The notes beneath the pieces are model-generated. The model made no database searches. It was not told where the DNA came from and saw nothing but the letters and a program-made list of their open reading frames with translations. The translations under genes and the position numbers were made by a program. Of a stretch of DNA of 64,000 bases, positions 37,386 through 46,301 are shown one piece after another (within the stretch, counting starts at the first letter, position 1; each line of letters begins with the position of its first letter). This stretch comes from Anaerovoracaceae bacterium (GTDB lineage Bacteria > Bacillota > Clostridia > Peptostreptococcales > Anaerovoracaceae), in NCBI GenBank assembly GCA_045112795.1, contig JBGUIG010000017.1, forward strand, positions 18,323 to 82,322, in the 5' to 3' direction.

Positions 37386-38729
37386 TTAGAATCCCATGTT
37401 ACGCATCATAGCGCGCGCTTTCTTGGAATTCGGGTTTGCGATGGCCTTGGTCATCTTCTTCATCTCTTCGTACTTCTTCATGACCTGGTTGACTTCCTGA
37501 ACGGTCACGCCGGATCCGGCAGCGATTCTCTTACGTCTTGATCCGTTGAGAATATTAGGTCTGCGTCTCTCTTCCGGAGTCATCGACAGGATGATAGCCT
37601 CCATCTTCTTGAGGTCCTTGCGGCCCTGTTCAAGGTCGAGGTTCTTCTTGTCTGCAGCTGAAATGCCCGGGATCATGTCGATGAGTTTGCCGAGTCCGCC
37701 CAGCTTGTTGATCTGTCTCATCTGGCCGAGGAAGTCCTCGAGGTCGAACTTGTTTCTTCTGATTTTCTCTTCGAGCTTCCTGGTCTCATCTTCGTCAAAA
37801 GCATTTTCTGCCTGTTCGATGAGTGACATGATGTCGCCCATTCCGAGGATTCTCGAAGCGATTCTCTCAGGGTAGAAAGGCTCAAGAGCGTTGTACTTCT
37901 CGCCTGTACCCATGAACTTGATCGGCTTGCCTGTAACCGCTTTGACTGAAAGCGCAGCACCGCCTCTTGAGTCACCGTCCATCTTGGTCATGATGATTCC
38001 GTCAACACCGAGAGCGTCGTTGAATCCGCTTGCGATATTAACAGCATCCTGACCTGTAAGAGCATCGACTACCAGCAGAATCTCGTGCGGCTTGACCTGT
38101 GTCTTGAGATCCTTGAGCTCGTTCATCAGAGTCTCATCGATCTGCAGACGGCCGGCAGTATCCACGATCAGAACATTGCAGCCCTTTCTCTGAGCTTCCT
38201 GAACTGCGTCCTGAGCAATCCTGACTGCGTTGTGTGATTCTCTGTCTACATATACAGGTGTATTTACTGCCTTGCCTACGATTTCCAGCTGATCGATAGC
38301 AGCCGGTCTGTAGATATCGCATGCAGCCAGCATTGGGTGCTTGCCGGTCTGCTTGAGCCATGCTGCCAGCTTGCCGGCGGTCGTTGTCTTACCAGTACCC
38401 TGAAGACCTACCAGCATGATGACGGTAAATCCGCTCGGCGAATATGTCAGTTTGGAGCCTGTGCTGCCCATCATCTCGACCATCTCGTCCTTGACGATCT
38501 TGATAACCATCTGGTCCGGTGTCAGACTGTTGAGCACTCCGGCGCCGAGAGCTTTGTCCTTGATAGTCGCAACAAAGTCCTTGACGACCTTGAAGTTGAC
38601 GTCCGCCTCGAGAAGAGCCATCTTGACGGCTCTCATAGCGTTGTCAAAGTCCTTCTCGGTGACTACGCCCTGGCCTTTGAGGTCCTTGAATGCACTCTGT
38701 AATTTTTCAGAAAGTCCTTCGAATGCCAT
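37386..38729 (-). CDS. ffh: signal recognition particle protein Ffh
   Basis: GTPase motifs GLQGTGKTT, DTAGR and TKMDGD, plus a Met-rich M domain. Confidence 0.97.
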   Translation of the reverse strand: MAFEGLSEKLQSAFKDLKGQGVVTEKDFDNAMRAVKMALLEADVNFKVVKDFVATIKDKALGAGVLNSLTPDQMVIKIVKDEMVEMMGSTGSKLTYSPSGFTVIMLVGLQGTGKTTTAGKLAAWLKQTGKHPMLAACDIYRPAAIDQLEIVGKAVNTPVYVDRESHNAVRIAQDAVQEAQRKGCNVLIVDTAGRLQIDETLMNELKDLKTQVKPHEILLVVDALTGQDAVNIASGFNDALGVDGIIMTKMDGDSRGGAALSVKAVTGKPIKFMGTGEKYNALEPFYPERIASRILGMGDIMSLIEQAENAFDEDETRKLEEKIRRNKFDLEDFLGQMRQINKLGGLGKLIDMIPGISAADKKNLDLEQGRKDLKKMEAIILSMTPEERRRPNILNGSRRKRIAAGSGVTVQEVNQVMKKYEEMKKMTKAIANPNSKKARAMMRNMGF

Positions 38730-38757
38730 ATTGTCTCCGTAATTATTACTCTGCTTA

Positions 38758-39153
38758 TTACTCCGCGATCTGGTCGATTATGGCAAGAAGTTCATTCCTG
38801 CTGCCTGCATCGATCGATTGGTCTGCTTGCTGTATTATCTGTCTGGCTTTGTCAGCCAGCTGCTGATTTCTCTGATATTCTGATACCAGTCCGAGTTTGT
38901 CTTCATACCCGGCAAGAGCCTTCTCGGCTTTCTTGAGTGTGTAGTGGACTGCCTGACGGCTCATCCCGAGATCTTCAGCGATCTCCGACAGGCTCAGGTT
39001 GTCTTCATGGTAAAGCGCCATCACTTCGTTCTGGCTGTCATTCAGAAGAGCTCCGTAGAAATCGAACAGCATACTCTGATACTCGATATTCTCTATTTCG
39101 GCTGATATTCCCGCAGTCCCCGCTGCAGCTCTGCCCATGCTCTCTGCTGCCAT
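38758..39153 (-). CDS. ylxM: YlxM/UPF0122 putative DNA-binding protein
   Basis: LFDFYGALL...YHEDNLSLSEIAEDLGMSRQAV sigma-70 region-4-like HTH, immediately upstream of ffh. Confidence 0.85.
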   Translation of the reverse strand: MAAESMGRAAAGTAGISAEIENIEYQSMLFDFYGALLNDSQNEVMALYHEDNLSLSEIAEDLGMSRQAVHYTLKKAEKALAGYEDKLGLVSEYQRNQQLADKARQIIQQADQSIDAGSRNELLAIIDQIAE

Positions 39154-39277
39154 GATTGTCGTCCTCTGATGCGAATCTCTATAGTTACCTTAAGGGTTCT
39201 CAAGGGTTGGCTCAAGGGTTGCCTTAAGAATTGCCTCAAGGTGCACTTATCCCTTAATGCCCTTTTCGCACTTGTAT

Positions 39278-39306
39278 AAGATAGCATAGCATCGCTTGGG
39301 TGTCAA
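39278..39306 (-). promoter_or_regulatory. candidate sigma-A promoter of the ylxM-ffh operon
   Basis: On the minus strand: TTGACA (39306-39301), 17-nt spacer, TATCTT (39283-39278). The -35 box is one arm of palindrome copy 1. Confidence 0.4.
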
Positions 39307-39357
39307 ACATTTTATTTGACAGATCATGTTTTTAATGTCAAACATTTTGTTTGACAG
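39301..39357. repeat. two copies of a 22-nt palindromic element, TGTCAAAC-N6-GTTTGACA-like
   Basis: TGTCAAACATTTTATTTGACAG (39301-39322) and TGTCAAACATTTTGTTTGACAG (39336-39357), period 35 nt. A degenerate third copy, TTTTGTTTGGCAAG, lies at about 39380. Confidence 0.8.
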
Positions 39358-39447
39358 GATGTATTATTGTTGCCGCGCTTTTTGTTTGGCAAGTCATGAA
39401 ATCAAGGAGCCTGCATTTTTCCTATGATAAGATCAGGCACGAGAAAG

Positions 39448-39471
39448 CTCCGCACCTTATGCGGTGCGGAG
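39448..39471 (-). terminator. hairpin at the 3' end of the pilus operon (probable terminator)
   Basis: CTCCGCACC-ttatgc-GGTGCGGAG, 94 nt downstream of the stop at 39565. The T-tract is weak on the minus strand (CTTTCTC) and stronger on the plus strand. Confidence 0.5.
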
Positions 39472-39564
39472 TCTTTATTCATTTTAGTTCTGTCAATCAA
39501 TCAGTATTCTGCCGATTAATGCAGCCTTCACCAGCCTGTTAAGTTCGGTGCAGATTTCATCTGA

Positions 39565-41979
39565 TCACTGCACCCTCTTGCGTTTGCACAAAGCATAAAG
39601 TATAGATGAAGCAACTGCAACGCAACCTGCTGCCGCAGTCGCAGCAGCTATTGGGGCTGCGTCACCCGGAATGCCTGTTATCGGCGCAAGATCTCTGCTG
39701 TTAATGAATGCTGCATTGTAAGTGTCTGCTGTTTCCATCGTGAATTCCCCGGTAGACAGCGCGGAATGTGTTCTGTGACTGTCCTCCTTTATTACAGTTC
39801 CGCTTTGACCTGTTATATGGTATTCAGGGAAGTGGTCGCTCTCTTCTTCGCTGATGGTGAATGCTGCTCCAGCAGGCAGTTTATCAAATAATATGCCTTT
39901 CTCATCCTTAAGCCTGAATCTGAGTGATGCTTTGCCCTCTGCATCAGCTCTGAAGTTATAAATGCCGGTGTCGTCCTCAGTACCCGAGTCAGCAGATCTG
40001 TCTTCCGATTTGATAGCTTTGGCTGAAGGTCTGGGTGCCTGTATTATTATCTCAGGTTTTCTGAATCCTTCTACAAGTACTGCTCCGTTGTTGGCAGCGC
40101 CGTATGTCATATTCGGTTCAAGGCCGGAGAAATCCACAGTAAAACTGAATTCCTTGGTTAAATCTCCGAGATTGCCCCTTACATTTTTGGTTATCCTAAG
40201 CGACGACAAAATCTCCGTCTCGGTGCTGCTGCCGTTGCATGTATTGACAACTGACGTTTTGCCCGATGCCTTATATGCATCCCAGTTGACCCTTGCCTTG
40301 TATTTGATCACCATAGATGGAGCCCCGCCGTTCGCAGCTTCAGAATTGAATTTATAAACCAGACCTGTGTCATCCGCTTTGACCTTAGTATATGTACCGC
40401 CTGACACAGTTACCTCAGGCTCTCCTTCGAGCATAAGAAGTCCGTTAGCCATATCATCATGAATCTCATATGTGCCCGCAGGTGCTCCCGGATTCAGTTC
40501 ATCCACCCTGATCTCATAATTGATAACGCTCTCATCGTATACATCAAGGAATTGAGTACCTGATGTCTTTTGCAGAGTGTAATCAGGCTGCTGCTCGTAT
40601 TCCGCCTCTATTGTATAGAATCCGGAATCCTTGGCGATCAGAACCTGTCCGTTACGGATGTCTCTTTTGGGCAGCGGATACTTGTTCAGTCTCTCAAATG
40701 TATATGTTCCTCCGTTTATCTTCTGATCATCTGTCAGTGTCTGTTCTACTCCGTCCACTTTGAGTGATTTCATATACCAGCCTTCTGCAGGCTTGTAATT
40801 GTAACCATATGATGAGTTCATCAGATGAGTATTCGCAATCCACGTGTCCACTCCTGACTTGACATTGTTGTCCCCCAGGACTGCGTCTGCTGCGCCGGGA
40901 TTAATTCTCTTGGCTTTGACTGCGACAGTAGGCTGTCCGCCAATCGTTGTACCCATTCCGTCATGGCCTGAAGCACTGCCCGCATGCGACCCTGTCCAGT
41001 AAAAGCTGAAGCCCTGAGGCTGCACAGCTGCAACAAATCCGGACCAAAGCGTGTTAAAGTCACAATCTGACGGATTGAATTTTTTCTCGAAAGCATCTAT
41101 CTTGGCACCATCTACCTTGATTCTGGTATTCGCGCCTGACATCTTCGAATTAACAAGGAGTGTATTCGCAAGGTCATTAGTTGACGGAGCCAGCACAGCA
41201 TTTCCTATCCAACCGCTGACGAGCTCAACACCCTCTGCATAGGTTCCATCGCCTTTTTCTGTCGGGGTTGCACTGCTTCTGATCGTTCTATCCATAATAT
41301 CCAGATCCTTGAATTCGACCAGCATTGTAGGATAATCCGAGGATATCGGTGTCATTGTGCCCTTGTTCACCACTTTCATGGTCACTTTGTATTTGCTGCC
41401 TATACTGGCACCTGAATTGATACCTCTGTCCGCATTGCCATTCTTCTCAGCATATGTCGTCCTTGGCGGCATTGATCCCAGCATGCCCCAGCCTCCGGCA
41501 ACAACCAGCTGCAACGTCGTGTTGTTATTTATTTTCGTTGTTCTGCTTGCTCCAAGTGCAACCTTGACATCACTCAGGGTCAATAGAATATCGCACACTG
41601 TTCCGTCAGATAACACTGCACCATCAGGAAACCTCAGCGTTACATCCGGGAGTGTATTCACCCTGAGAGAGGCATTGGCATCATTGGTGGTATTGCCTGT
41701 TCCGAATGAGAACTTGCCTGTCCACACCAGATTGCGTCTGAAGTAGTCTGCAGATCCGACATATCCATCCTGTAATGAATAGCCGGAGCCCGATACTATC
41801 GCAGCATGTGCAAAATTAAGATCCTTGATCTGTACGTAGTTGACCGGTAGCGTGTCGTACTGATTACCTGTGCCGTTGTCCCGCACAATAGGTACATTCT
41901 GTGCGTACGGTCTGACCTGCCACATATTCACAAGAACCAGCACTGACAGGATGAGCATCAATATTTTTCTTTTTTTCAT
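39565..41979 (-). CDS. wall-anchored protein, putative pilus ancillary or tip subunit
   Basis: Signal peptide MKKRKILMLILSVLVLVNMW. The C-terminal third has the pilin-type block ITKNVRGNLGDLTKEFSFTV, which is shared with the backbone pilin. Sorting signal: LAPITGIPGD, then a hydrophobic stretch, then KRKRVQ. The N-terminal ~550 aa have no motif I recognise. Confidence 0.7.
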   Translation of the reverse strand: MKKRKILMLILSVLVLVNMWQVRPYAQNVPIVRDNGTGNQYDTLPVNYVQIKDLNFAHAAIVSGSGYSLQDGYVGSADYFRRNLVWTGKFSFGTGNTTNDANASLRVNTLPDVTLRFPDGAVLSDGTVCDILLTLSDVKVALGASRTTKINNNTTLQLVVAGGWGMLGSMPPRTTYAEKNGNADRGINSGASIGSKYKVTMKVVNKGTMTPISSDYPTMLVEFKDLDIMDRTIRSSATPTEKGDGTYAEGVELVSGWIGNAVLAPSTNDLANTLLVNSKMSGANTRIKVDGAKIDAFEKKFNPSDCDFNTLWSGFVAAVQPQGFSFYWTGSHAGSASGHDGMGTTIGGQPTVAVKAKRINPGAADAVLGDNNVKSGVDTWIANTHLMNSSYGYNYKPAEGWYMKSLKVDGVEQTLTDDQKINGGTYTFERLNKYPLPKRDIRNGQVLIAKDSGFYTIEAEYEQQPDYTLQKTSGTQFLDVYDESVINYEIRVDELNPGAPAGTYEIHDDMANGLLMLEGEPEVTVSGGTYTKVKADDTGLVYKFNSEAANGGAPSMVIKYKARVNWDAYKASGKTSVVNTCNGSSTETEILSSLRITKNVRGNLGDLTKEFSFTVDFSGLEPNMTYGAANNGAVLVEGFRKPEIIIQAPRPSAKAIKSEDRSADSGTEDDTGIYNFRADAEGKASLRFRLKDEKGILFDKLPAGAAFTISEEESDHFPEYHITGQSGTVIKEDSHRTHSALSTGEFTMETADTYNAAFINSRDLAPITGIPGDAAPIAAATAAAGCVAVASSILYALCKRKRVQ

Positions 41980-41998
41980 AGTTCACGCTCCTATCCTG

Positions 41999-42703
41999 CT
42001 ATAATTGCTGCGACTCATCGGTCGTCCCAAAGGCTGCACGTGCAGATAACGGTCTTGTTGACAGCATATTGTCCTCCGGAATCTTTCCGAATATGGCCGT
42101 TATTGTTGTATCGTCTCGAAAAGTTATTTCGGAAATCCCGGTTTCTGGTATTTCTCTGCCCTTTTTAACTCCCTCTGCGTCCTTGTCTGCGGTGATGGAT
42201 ATTATTTCATAGCCTGTATCAGGAATGCAGCTGAGTTTACCTTCCTTGTCTAATGACAAATCGCCGTGTCCTATTGTAACGAGCGTGAGTTCCGGGTCAT
42301 CTGACGGAGATGTCTCAGACGCCTCTTCAGCTTTGGCCTCCGCCTCAGGGTCCTTATCAGAAACTGCTGTATCATCTATTTCATTTTGTATGCTCTTACT
42401 GCAATCCTTGTCTTCACCAGCCTTATCTGCCTTCTCCACTGAAGCATCCGTCCTATCCGTCTCAGATAAAGCGGCATTGTCAGTTGTGGCCTCTTTCTCA
42501 CTGTCCTCTCCTTTCTCAGAGTCACAGTCTTCATCATTTGATTGATTATTATCTGAGTTTCCCGTTACTCCGGATGCCTGCTCTTCTGTGGCTGCAGGCA
42601 GTTCCTGCGTGTCTGAGGCTGCATCCGCAAATGCCGGCGCAGCAGCTATAAGCGCTATCAGCAGCAATAGGCTGATCAGCTGTATTCTGTGTACTAATTT
42701 CAT
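41999..42703 (-). CDS. secreted acidic protein without a wall anchor
   Basis: Signal peptide ending APAFADA, then an Asp/Glu/Ser-rich low-complexity half, then a ~90-aa C-terminal beta-like module (IPDTGYEIISITADKD). No sorting signal. ATGA overlap with the upstream small-pilin gene. Confidence 0.6.
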   Translation of the reverse strand: MKLVHRIQLISLLLLIALIAAAPAFADAASDTQELPAATEEQASGVTGNSDNNQSNDEDCDSEKGEDSEKEATTDNAALSETDRTDASVEKADKAGEDKDCSKSIQNEIDDTAVSDKDPEAEAKAEEASETSPSDDPELTLVTIGHGDLSLDKEGKLSCIPDTGYEIISITADKDAEGVKKGREIPETGISEITFRDDTTITAIFGKIPEDNMLSTRPLSARAAFGTTDESQQL

Positions 42704-43371
42704 TCAGCCACCCCCTTTCTGCTTCTTTCTGCCCGTGATAACCTGCCTGCTGCTGACGCCACAAGAATAACAGCCATGAGTGCAAGCGCCCCTGCGCCTG
42801 TAATCATCCATCTGAGAGCAGCTTTTCTGAACTCCTGATCACCCGTTTTGGGTGTGCTTCGCTGCAATGGAGCCTCGTACACATCTGTATAAGTGATACC
42901 GTCCACCTTTTCACCATCCTCATTCCAGATCACAGTTTCGGTAATTCCGTCATTGAATTTGGCAACCATCACTGTAAATACAGAATCATCTGCATCCAGC
43001 CTGTCATAGTTTTTCTGAGCCCTGCTGACGGTGTAGTAATATGCTCCGGGATATTCAAAGGTGATGCTCCCGAAATCCGGTGATTCGCTGCCCGAAACGG
43101 TCACGCTCCGGGTTCTCCCGTTTGATCCTGCAGGCATTGGCGTATTGTCACCACTTGCTGTGAGGATGAATTCAAATCTGTCATCTCCTGTATATTTACC
43201 TCCTGTTATTTCATGTTTAACTGGGATGCTGACTGTCGCTGAAGGTATCGTTTTGCCGTTATCTCCGCTGATGTCCGCATATACTGCACCTTCAGATGTC
43301 AGTAAAGGACCCAGCATGACTACTGCAGTCAGCACCAGAGCTAATGCATATTTTCTGATTTCTCTGTGCAT
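42700..43371 (-). CDS. small pilin-like wall-anchored protein (single Spy0128/FctA-type isopeptide domain)
   Basis: Signal peptide, then RFEFILTASGDNTPMPAGS...ITFEYPGAYYYTVSR...DDSVFTVMV, the pattern of the pilin isopeptide-linkage domain. Sorting signal: TPKTGD, TM segment, basic tail. Confidence 0.7.
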   Translation of the reverse strand: MHREIRKYALALVLTAVVMLGPLLTSEGAVYADISGDNGKTIPSATVSIPVKHEITGGKYTGDDRFEFILTASGDNTPMPAGSNGRTRSVTVSGSESPDFGSITFEYPGAYYYTVSRAQKNYDRLDADDSVFTVMVAKFNDGITETVIWNEDGEKVDGITYTDVYEAPLQRSTPKTGDQEFRKAALRWMITGAGALALMAVILVASAAGRLSRAERSRKGVAE

Positions 43372-43410
43372 TACAAGCCCCTTTCTCGTTTTATTTAGTG
43401 TGATAAATGT

Positions 43411-44052
43411 CTAAATCTGTCTTCGCCTTAATACAGCTATAATCCTGCCGCATATATTCTTACGGCTTATCTGCCCGTACACCCGGCTATCCTCTGATTC
43501 TCCTCTGTTGTCCCCCAGGATGAAAAAGCATTCTTCACCGACTGTAACGGGCAGAATTTCCTGTTCTGCCGCATAAGTCCGGTCATATATACCGGCAGAA
43601 GGTGACGGCGGGAGATATATGCCGTTAAAAGTCAGCTGCATATCTCCCGTTGAACTGATCAGGGTCCCTTCTGATGCGGCAATTCTCCCTGTGTGGATTT
43701 CTCCGTCTGCTGTATACACGCAGGCTTCGGTATTCACCAGGTCAGATGCCCTGTAGTAAAAAATGATATCGCCGTCCTTAATGGCCGGATACATGCTGTT
43801 TCCGTGCTGAACAGTAACACCGAAGAAAAACCTGAATATTACAAAGAGAAACAATATTAACACTGCTGTTTCCGCTGCGAGTCCGGTCAGTGCTGACCTG
43901 TAACTTGCCCGTTCTGCCGATTCATCAGTCCTGAGTTCTGCTTCACCGATGCCTTCTTCTACTGAGTTTCTCCGTGGTTCAGACTTGTCTGATGTGCTCC
44001 GAGACTCCGCCTCGATTGCATAACTGTTACTTGCCTTTTTCCTGTGCAGCAT
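43411..44052 (-). CDS. signal peptidase I paralog (SipA/LepA-like, pilus-associated)
   Basis: Box B GNSMYPAI (Ser present), box C GDIIFYY and box E FILGDNRGESEDSR are all found. Box D reads HTGRIAASEGT where canonical enzymes have (Y/V)KR(I/V)IGLPGD, so the general-base Lys position is Gly. The gene has a long polar N-terminal extension and overlaps the sortase gene by 26 nt. Confidence 0.8.
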   Translation of the reverse strand: MLHRKKASNSYAIEAESRSTSDKSEPRRNSVEEGIGEAELRTDESAERASYRSALTGLAAETAVLILFLFVIFRFFFGVTVQHGNSMYPAIKDGDIIFYYRASDLVNTEACVYTADGEIHTGRIAASEGTLISSTGDMQLTFNGIYLPPSPSAGIYDRTYAAEQEILPVTVGEECFFILGDNRGESEDSRVYGQISRKNICGRIIAVLRRRQI

Positions 44053-44773
44053 AATATTCTCCTGTATATCTCGCCCTGCATAGCAGCACCGCTCTCAGAT
44101 CTGTCATATCCCCTGAGCAGGTCGAAAGAACTACCAGCTTGTCATCATCTCTGAATGTCACATCGTGCCTATGCACGCAGTCATCCAACTGATTCAAGGG
44201 CCTGCCTGCATCAGGTCCTGTATAGTACAAGTCTCCTTCATAGGGATTTACTATCTTGAACCCCGCTGCAGTCAGCTGATATACGCCGCCCGGTGTAATG
44301 AGTTCTCCCTGCAAATGCTCTTCGAAGAATTCCCGATCAGCGTATTCTGCCACATCACTGAACATAGCGCCTCGGGCCATGTGATGCCCATGTATGATGA
44401 TGTACTTGTCTGAAAAGTCCGGCGCGTTACCTGCGTCAAGAAAAATGCTGCCGCCCTGATAGAACTCTCCGTCAGGGTTCTTGCTGAGATATTCGAAGTT
44501 GTCCCGGCCATGGAGTAAGGGATGATTGATATGCGTACCGTCCATCCGGATCCACCCAGCGATGTCCTCATTTCTATTCCGGAGCGCTTCGAATCCGGGG
44601 AAGTCCTCACTGCCAAGCCCTGCAGCAGCCAGTGAATTCGCGTCCTGCACCAGAGCAGCAGTAAACAGACCTGCAAGTATCAGAAGCAGCAATTCCAGCC
44701 GCCTCAGCATGCTGCTCATTGTTTTTACAGCTTTCGTCCTCTTCCTATAATATGTTTTCATCAGATTATTCAT
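44027..44773 (-). CDS. srtB: class B sortase
   Basis: The NEDIAGWIRMDGTHINHPLL...GSIFLD block is typical of class B. Catalytic His in IIHGHHM, Cys in VLSTCS and a downstream Arg (DLRAVLLCR) are present, along with an N-terminal TM anchor. Confidence 0.85.
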   Translation of the reverse strand: MNNLMKTYYRKRTKAVKTMSSMLRRLELLLLILAGLFTAALVQDANSLAAAGLGSEDFPGFEALRNRNEDIAGWIRMDGTHINHPLLHGRDNFEYLSKNPDGEFYQGGSIFLDAGNAPDFSDKYIIIHGHHMARGAMFSDVAEYADREFFEEHLQGELITPGGVYQLTAAGFKIVNPYEGDLYYTGPDAGRPLNQLDDCVHRHDVTFRDDDKLVVLSTCSGDMTDLRAVLLCRARYTGEYYAAQEKGK

Positions 44774-44807
44774 CAGTTAATTGTTCCAATACTGTTTGAA
44801 AGCCTGT

Positions 44808-46301
44808 TTATTCAAACTCGGCTGCCCCTCTCTTTCTCCTCATGACTATGAAGAATACGATGCCTGCGCCGATAAGTGCCGCCAGTACGTTCATGTGTTC
44901 GCCGTAGAACGGTATTCCTGTCGGTGTGAGAAGACTTCTGTGGTTAACAAAGTTGATGGTCACTGTTCCGTCATTAGTAGCTGCATTTGCTCTGCCTTCT
45001 ACATTGGAAACCGCGTCAACAGTCTCTTCGCTTGTAGATATCGCCAAATCACTGTGATTATTTGCCTTATCGGTCTCTACCATTACCCAGGTATCCGGCT
45101 TGGTCGACTCAGAATTGAATGAAGCTATGTGATCTGATTTCAGCTCTTCTACCTTGTATTTCGATGTTGCAGGCAAAGCATTAAATACCATCAGTTCATC
45201 ATCAGCGAGTTTGATGCGGAATGTCGCATTGCCGTCAGAATCTGAAGTGAATGATTTTGCGGTGCTGTCGACTGTTCCTTTGCCCCCTGTGAGAGCTTCG
45301 ATCTCGGCTGTTGCTGAAGTGGTCTTCTTATCTTCTTTGCCTTCTGCATCAATATTGGTTGTGTACTGCTTATTCTTCTCAAGTCCGGTAAGGGTCACTG
45401 TGTACTCGAATTCCTTGGTTACATCACCGAGATTACCCGTTACGTTGTTAGTAACTACTACATCGTGTGTAGTCTGGTCATTGAAGAATCTGTATGCTTC
45501 CAGCTTGTCAGGGCCTACAGGGTTTCCTGTCTGTGGATCGTTGCCGGGCTCATCAGGTGTCTTGCCTACCTTGGCCAGGTTGTCATAATTATTCTCAGTT
45601 GCTGCAACATTATTGTTGTCAGTTGTGTTCTGGATGTCTGACAGATCAGGCTCATGTGTTGTCGACGGACTGTTTCTGTAAGATGTTATGTCATGTACAT
45701 ATACTCCCGGGATCGTATTGCCGCTGTTGTCTGTGTTGTTGCAGACATATACGACTACATAGTAGCTGTTGTTATCGTATGCCATTCCCGGGATATTGCC
45801 TGGATCTGATGATGTCTCGGTGATTTTGTACATGTAGTATCCGGCTTTATCAAACTTAATCTTCACAGGTGTGAATCTGTATTTCTGTGTTGCTGTATCG
45901 GCAACATTAGTATTGGCATCTCCCGAAAAGTCACCGATCTGTATGGAGGCAATACCATTACCGGCATCAGTAACTGCAACCTTGTGGTGATTATCTGAAA
46001 CCGCAGTCGGAAGAGGCATCTGCGCAATCGGTATAGTCTTGCCGCTTTCCGCAGTGCTGACATTCGCGTTATCCCACGCTTTGACTGCTTCCATTTTCAA
46101 GTTAAAGTCCGTTACGGTCGGGAACTTATTCGCCTGGGATACAGTCAGGACTTTGCCCGCGTATATTGTTGCTGTATCGGATGATACGTTCTGAATAGGG
46201 TCCCTGAGTGACACTGCCGCAGCAAAAGCCGGAACCGACATCGACAGCGTAAGCGCCAGAGCAGCTGCCGTTACAGCAATCTTTCTAATAAATGATTTCA
46301 T
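44808..46301 (-). CDS. major (backbone) pilin candidate, two isopeptide-type domains
   Basis: Start MKSFIRKIAVTAAALALTLSMSVPAFA with AAGGAG 8 nt upstream; the longer ORF to 46385 is probably spurious. YMYKITETSSDPGNIPGMAYDNNSYYVVVYV and VTNNVTGNLGDVTKEFEYTVTL are pilin blocks. Sorting signal: LLTPTGIPFY, TM segment, RRKRG. Confidence 0.8.
   Translation of the reverse strand: MKSFIRKIAVTAAALALTLSMSVPAFAAAVSLRDPIQNVSSDTATIYAGKVLTVSQANKFPTVTDFNLKMEAVKAWDNANVSTAESGKTIPIAQMPLPTAVSDNHHKVAVTDAGNGIASIQIGDFSGDANTNVADTATQKYRFTPVKIKFDKAGYYMYKITETSSDPGNIPGMAYDNNSYYVVVYVCNNTDNSGNTIPGVYVHDITSYRNSPSTTHEPDLSDIQNTTDNNNVAATENNYDNLAKVGKTPDEPGNDPQTGNPVGPDKLEAYRFFNDQTTHDVVVTNNVTGNLGDVTKEFEYTVTLTGLEKNKQYTTNIDAEGKEDKKTTSATAEIEALTGGKGTVDSTAKSFTSDSDGNATFRIKLADDELMVFNALPATSKYKVEELKSDHIASFNSESTKPDTWVMVETDKANNHSDLAISTSEETVDAVSNVEGRANAATNDGTVTINFVNHRSLLTPTGIPFYGEHMNVLAALIGAGIVFFIVMRRKRGAAEFE

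Noticed and set aside
39965-41750. Possible Cys-Gln thioester domain in the 804-aa protein (GTVCDILL, AAVQPQGFSFYW).
   Set aside because: The residues do not match the usual thioester-domain contexts convincingly, and the spacing cannot be judged without a structural model. It is mentioned only as something to check, not claimed.
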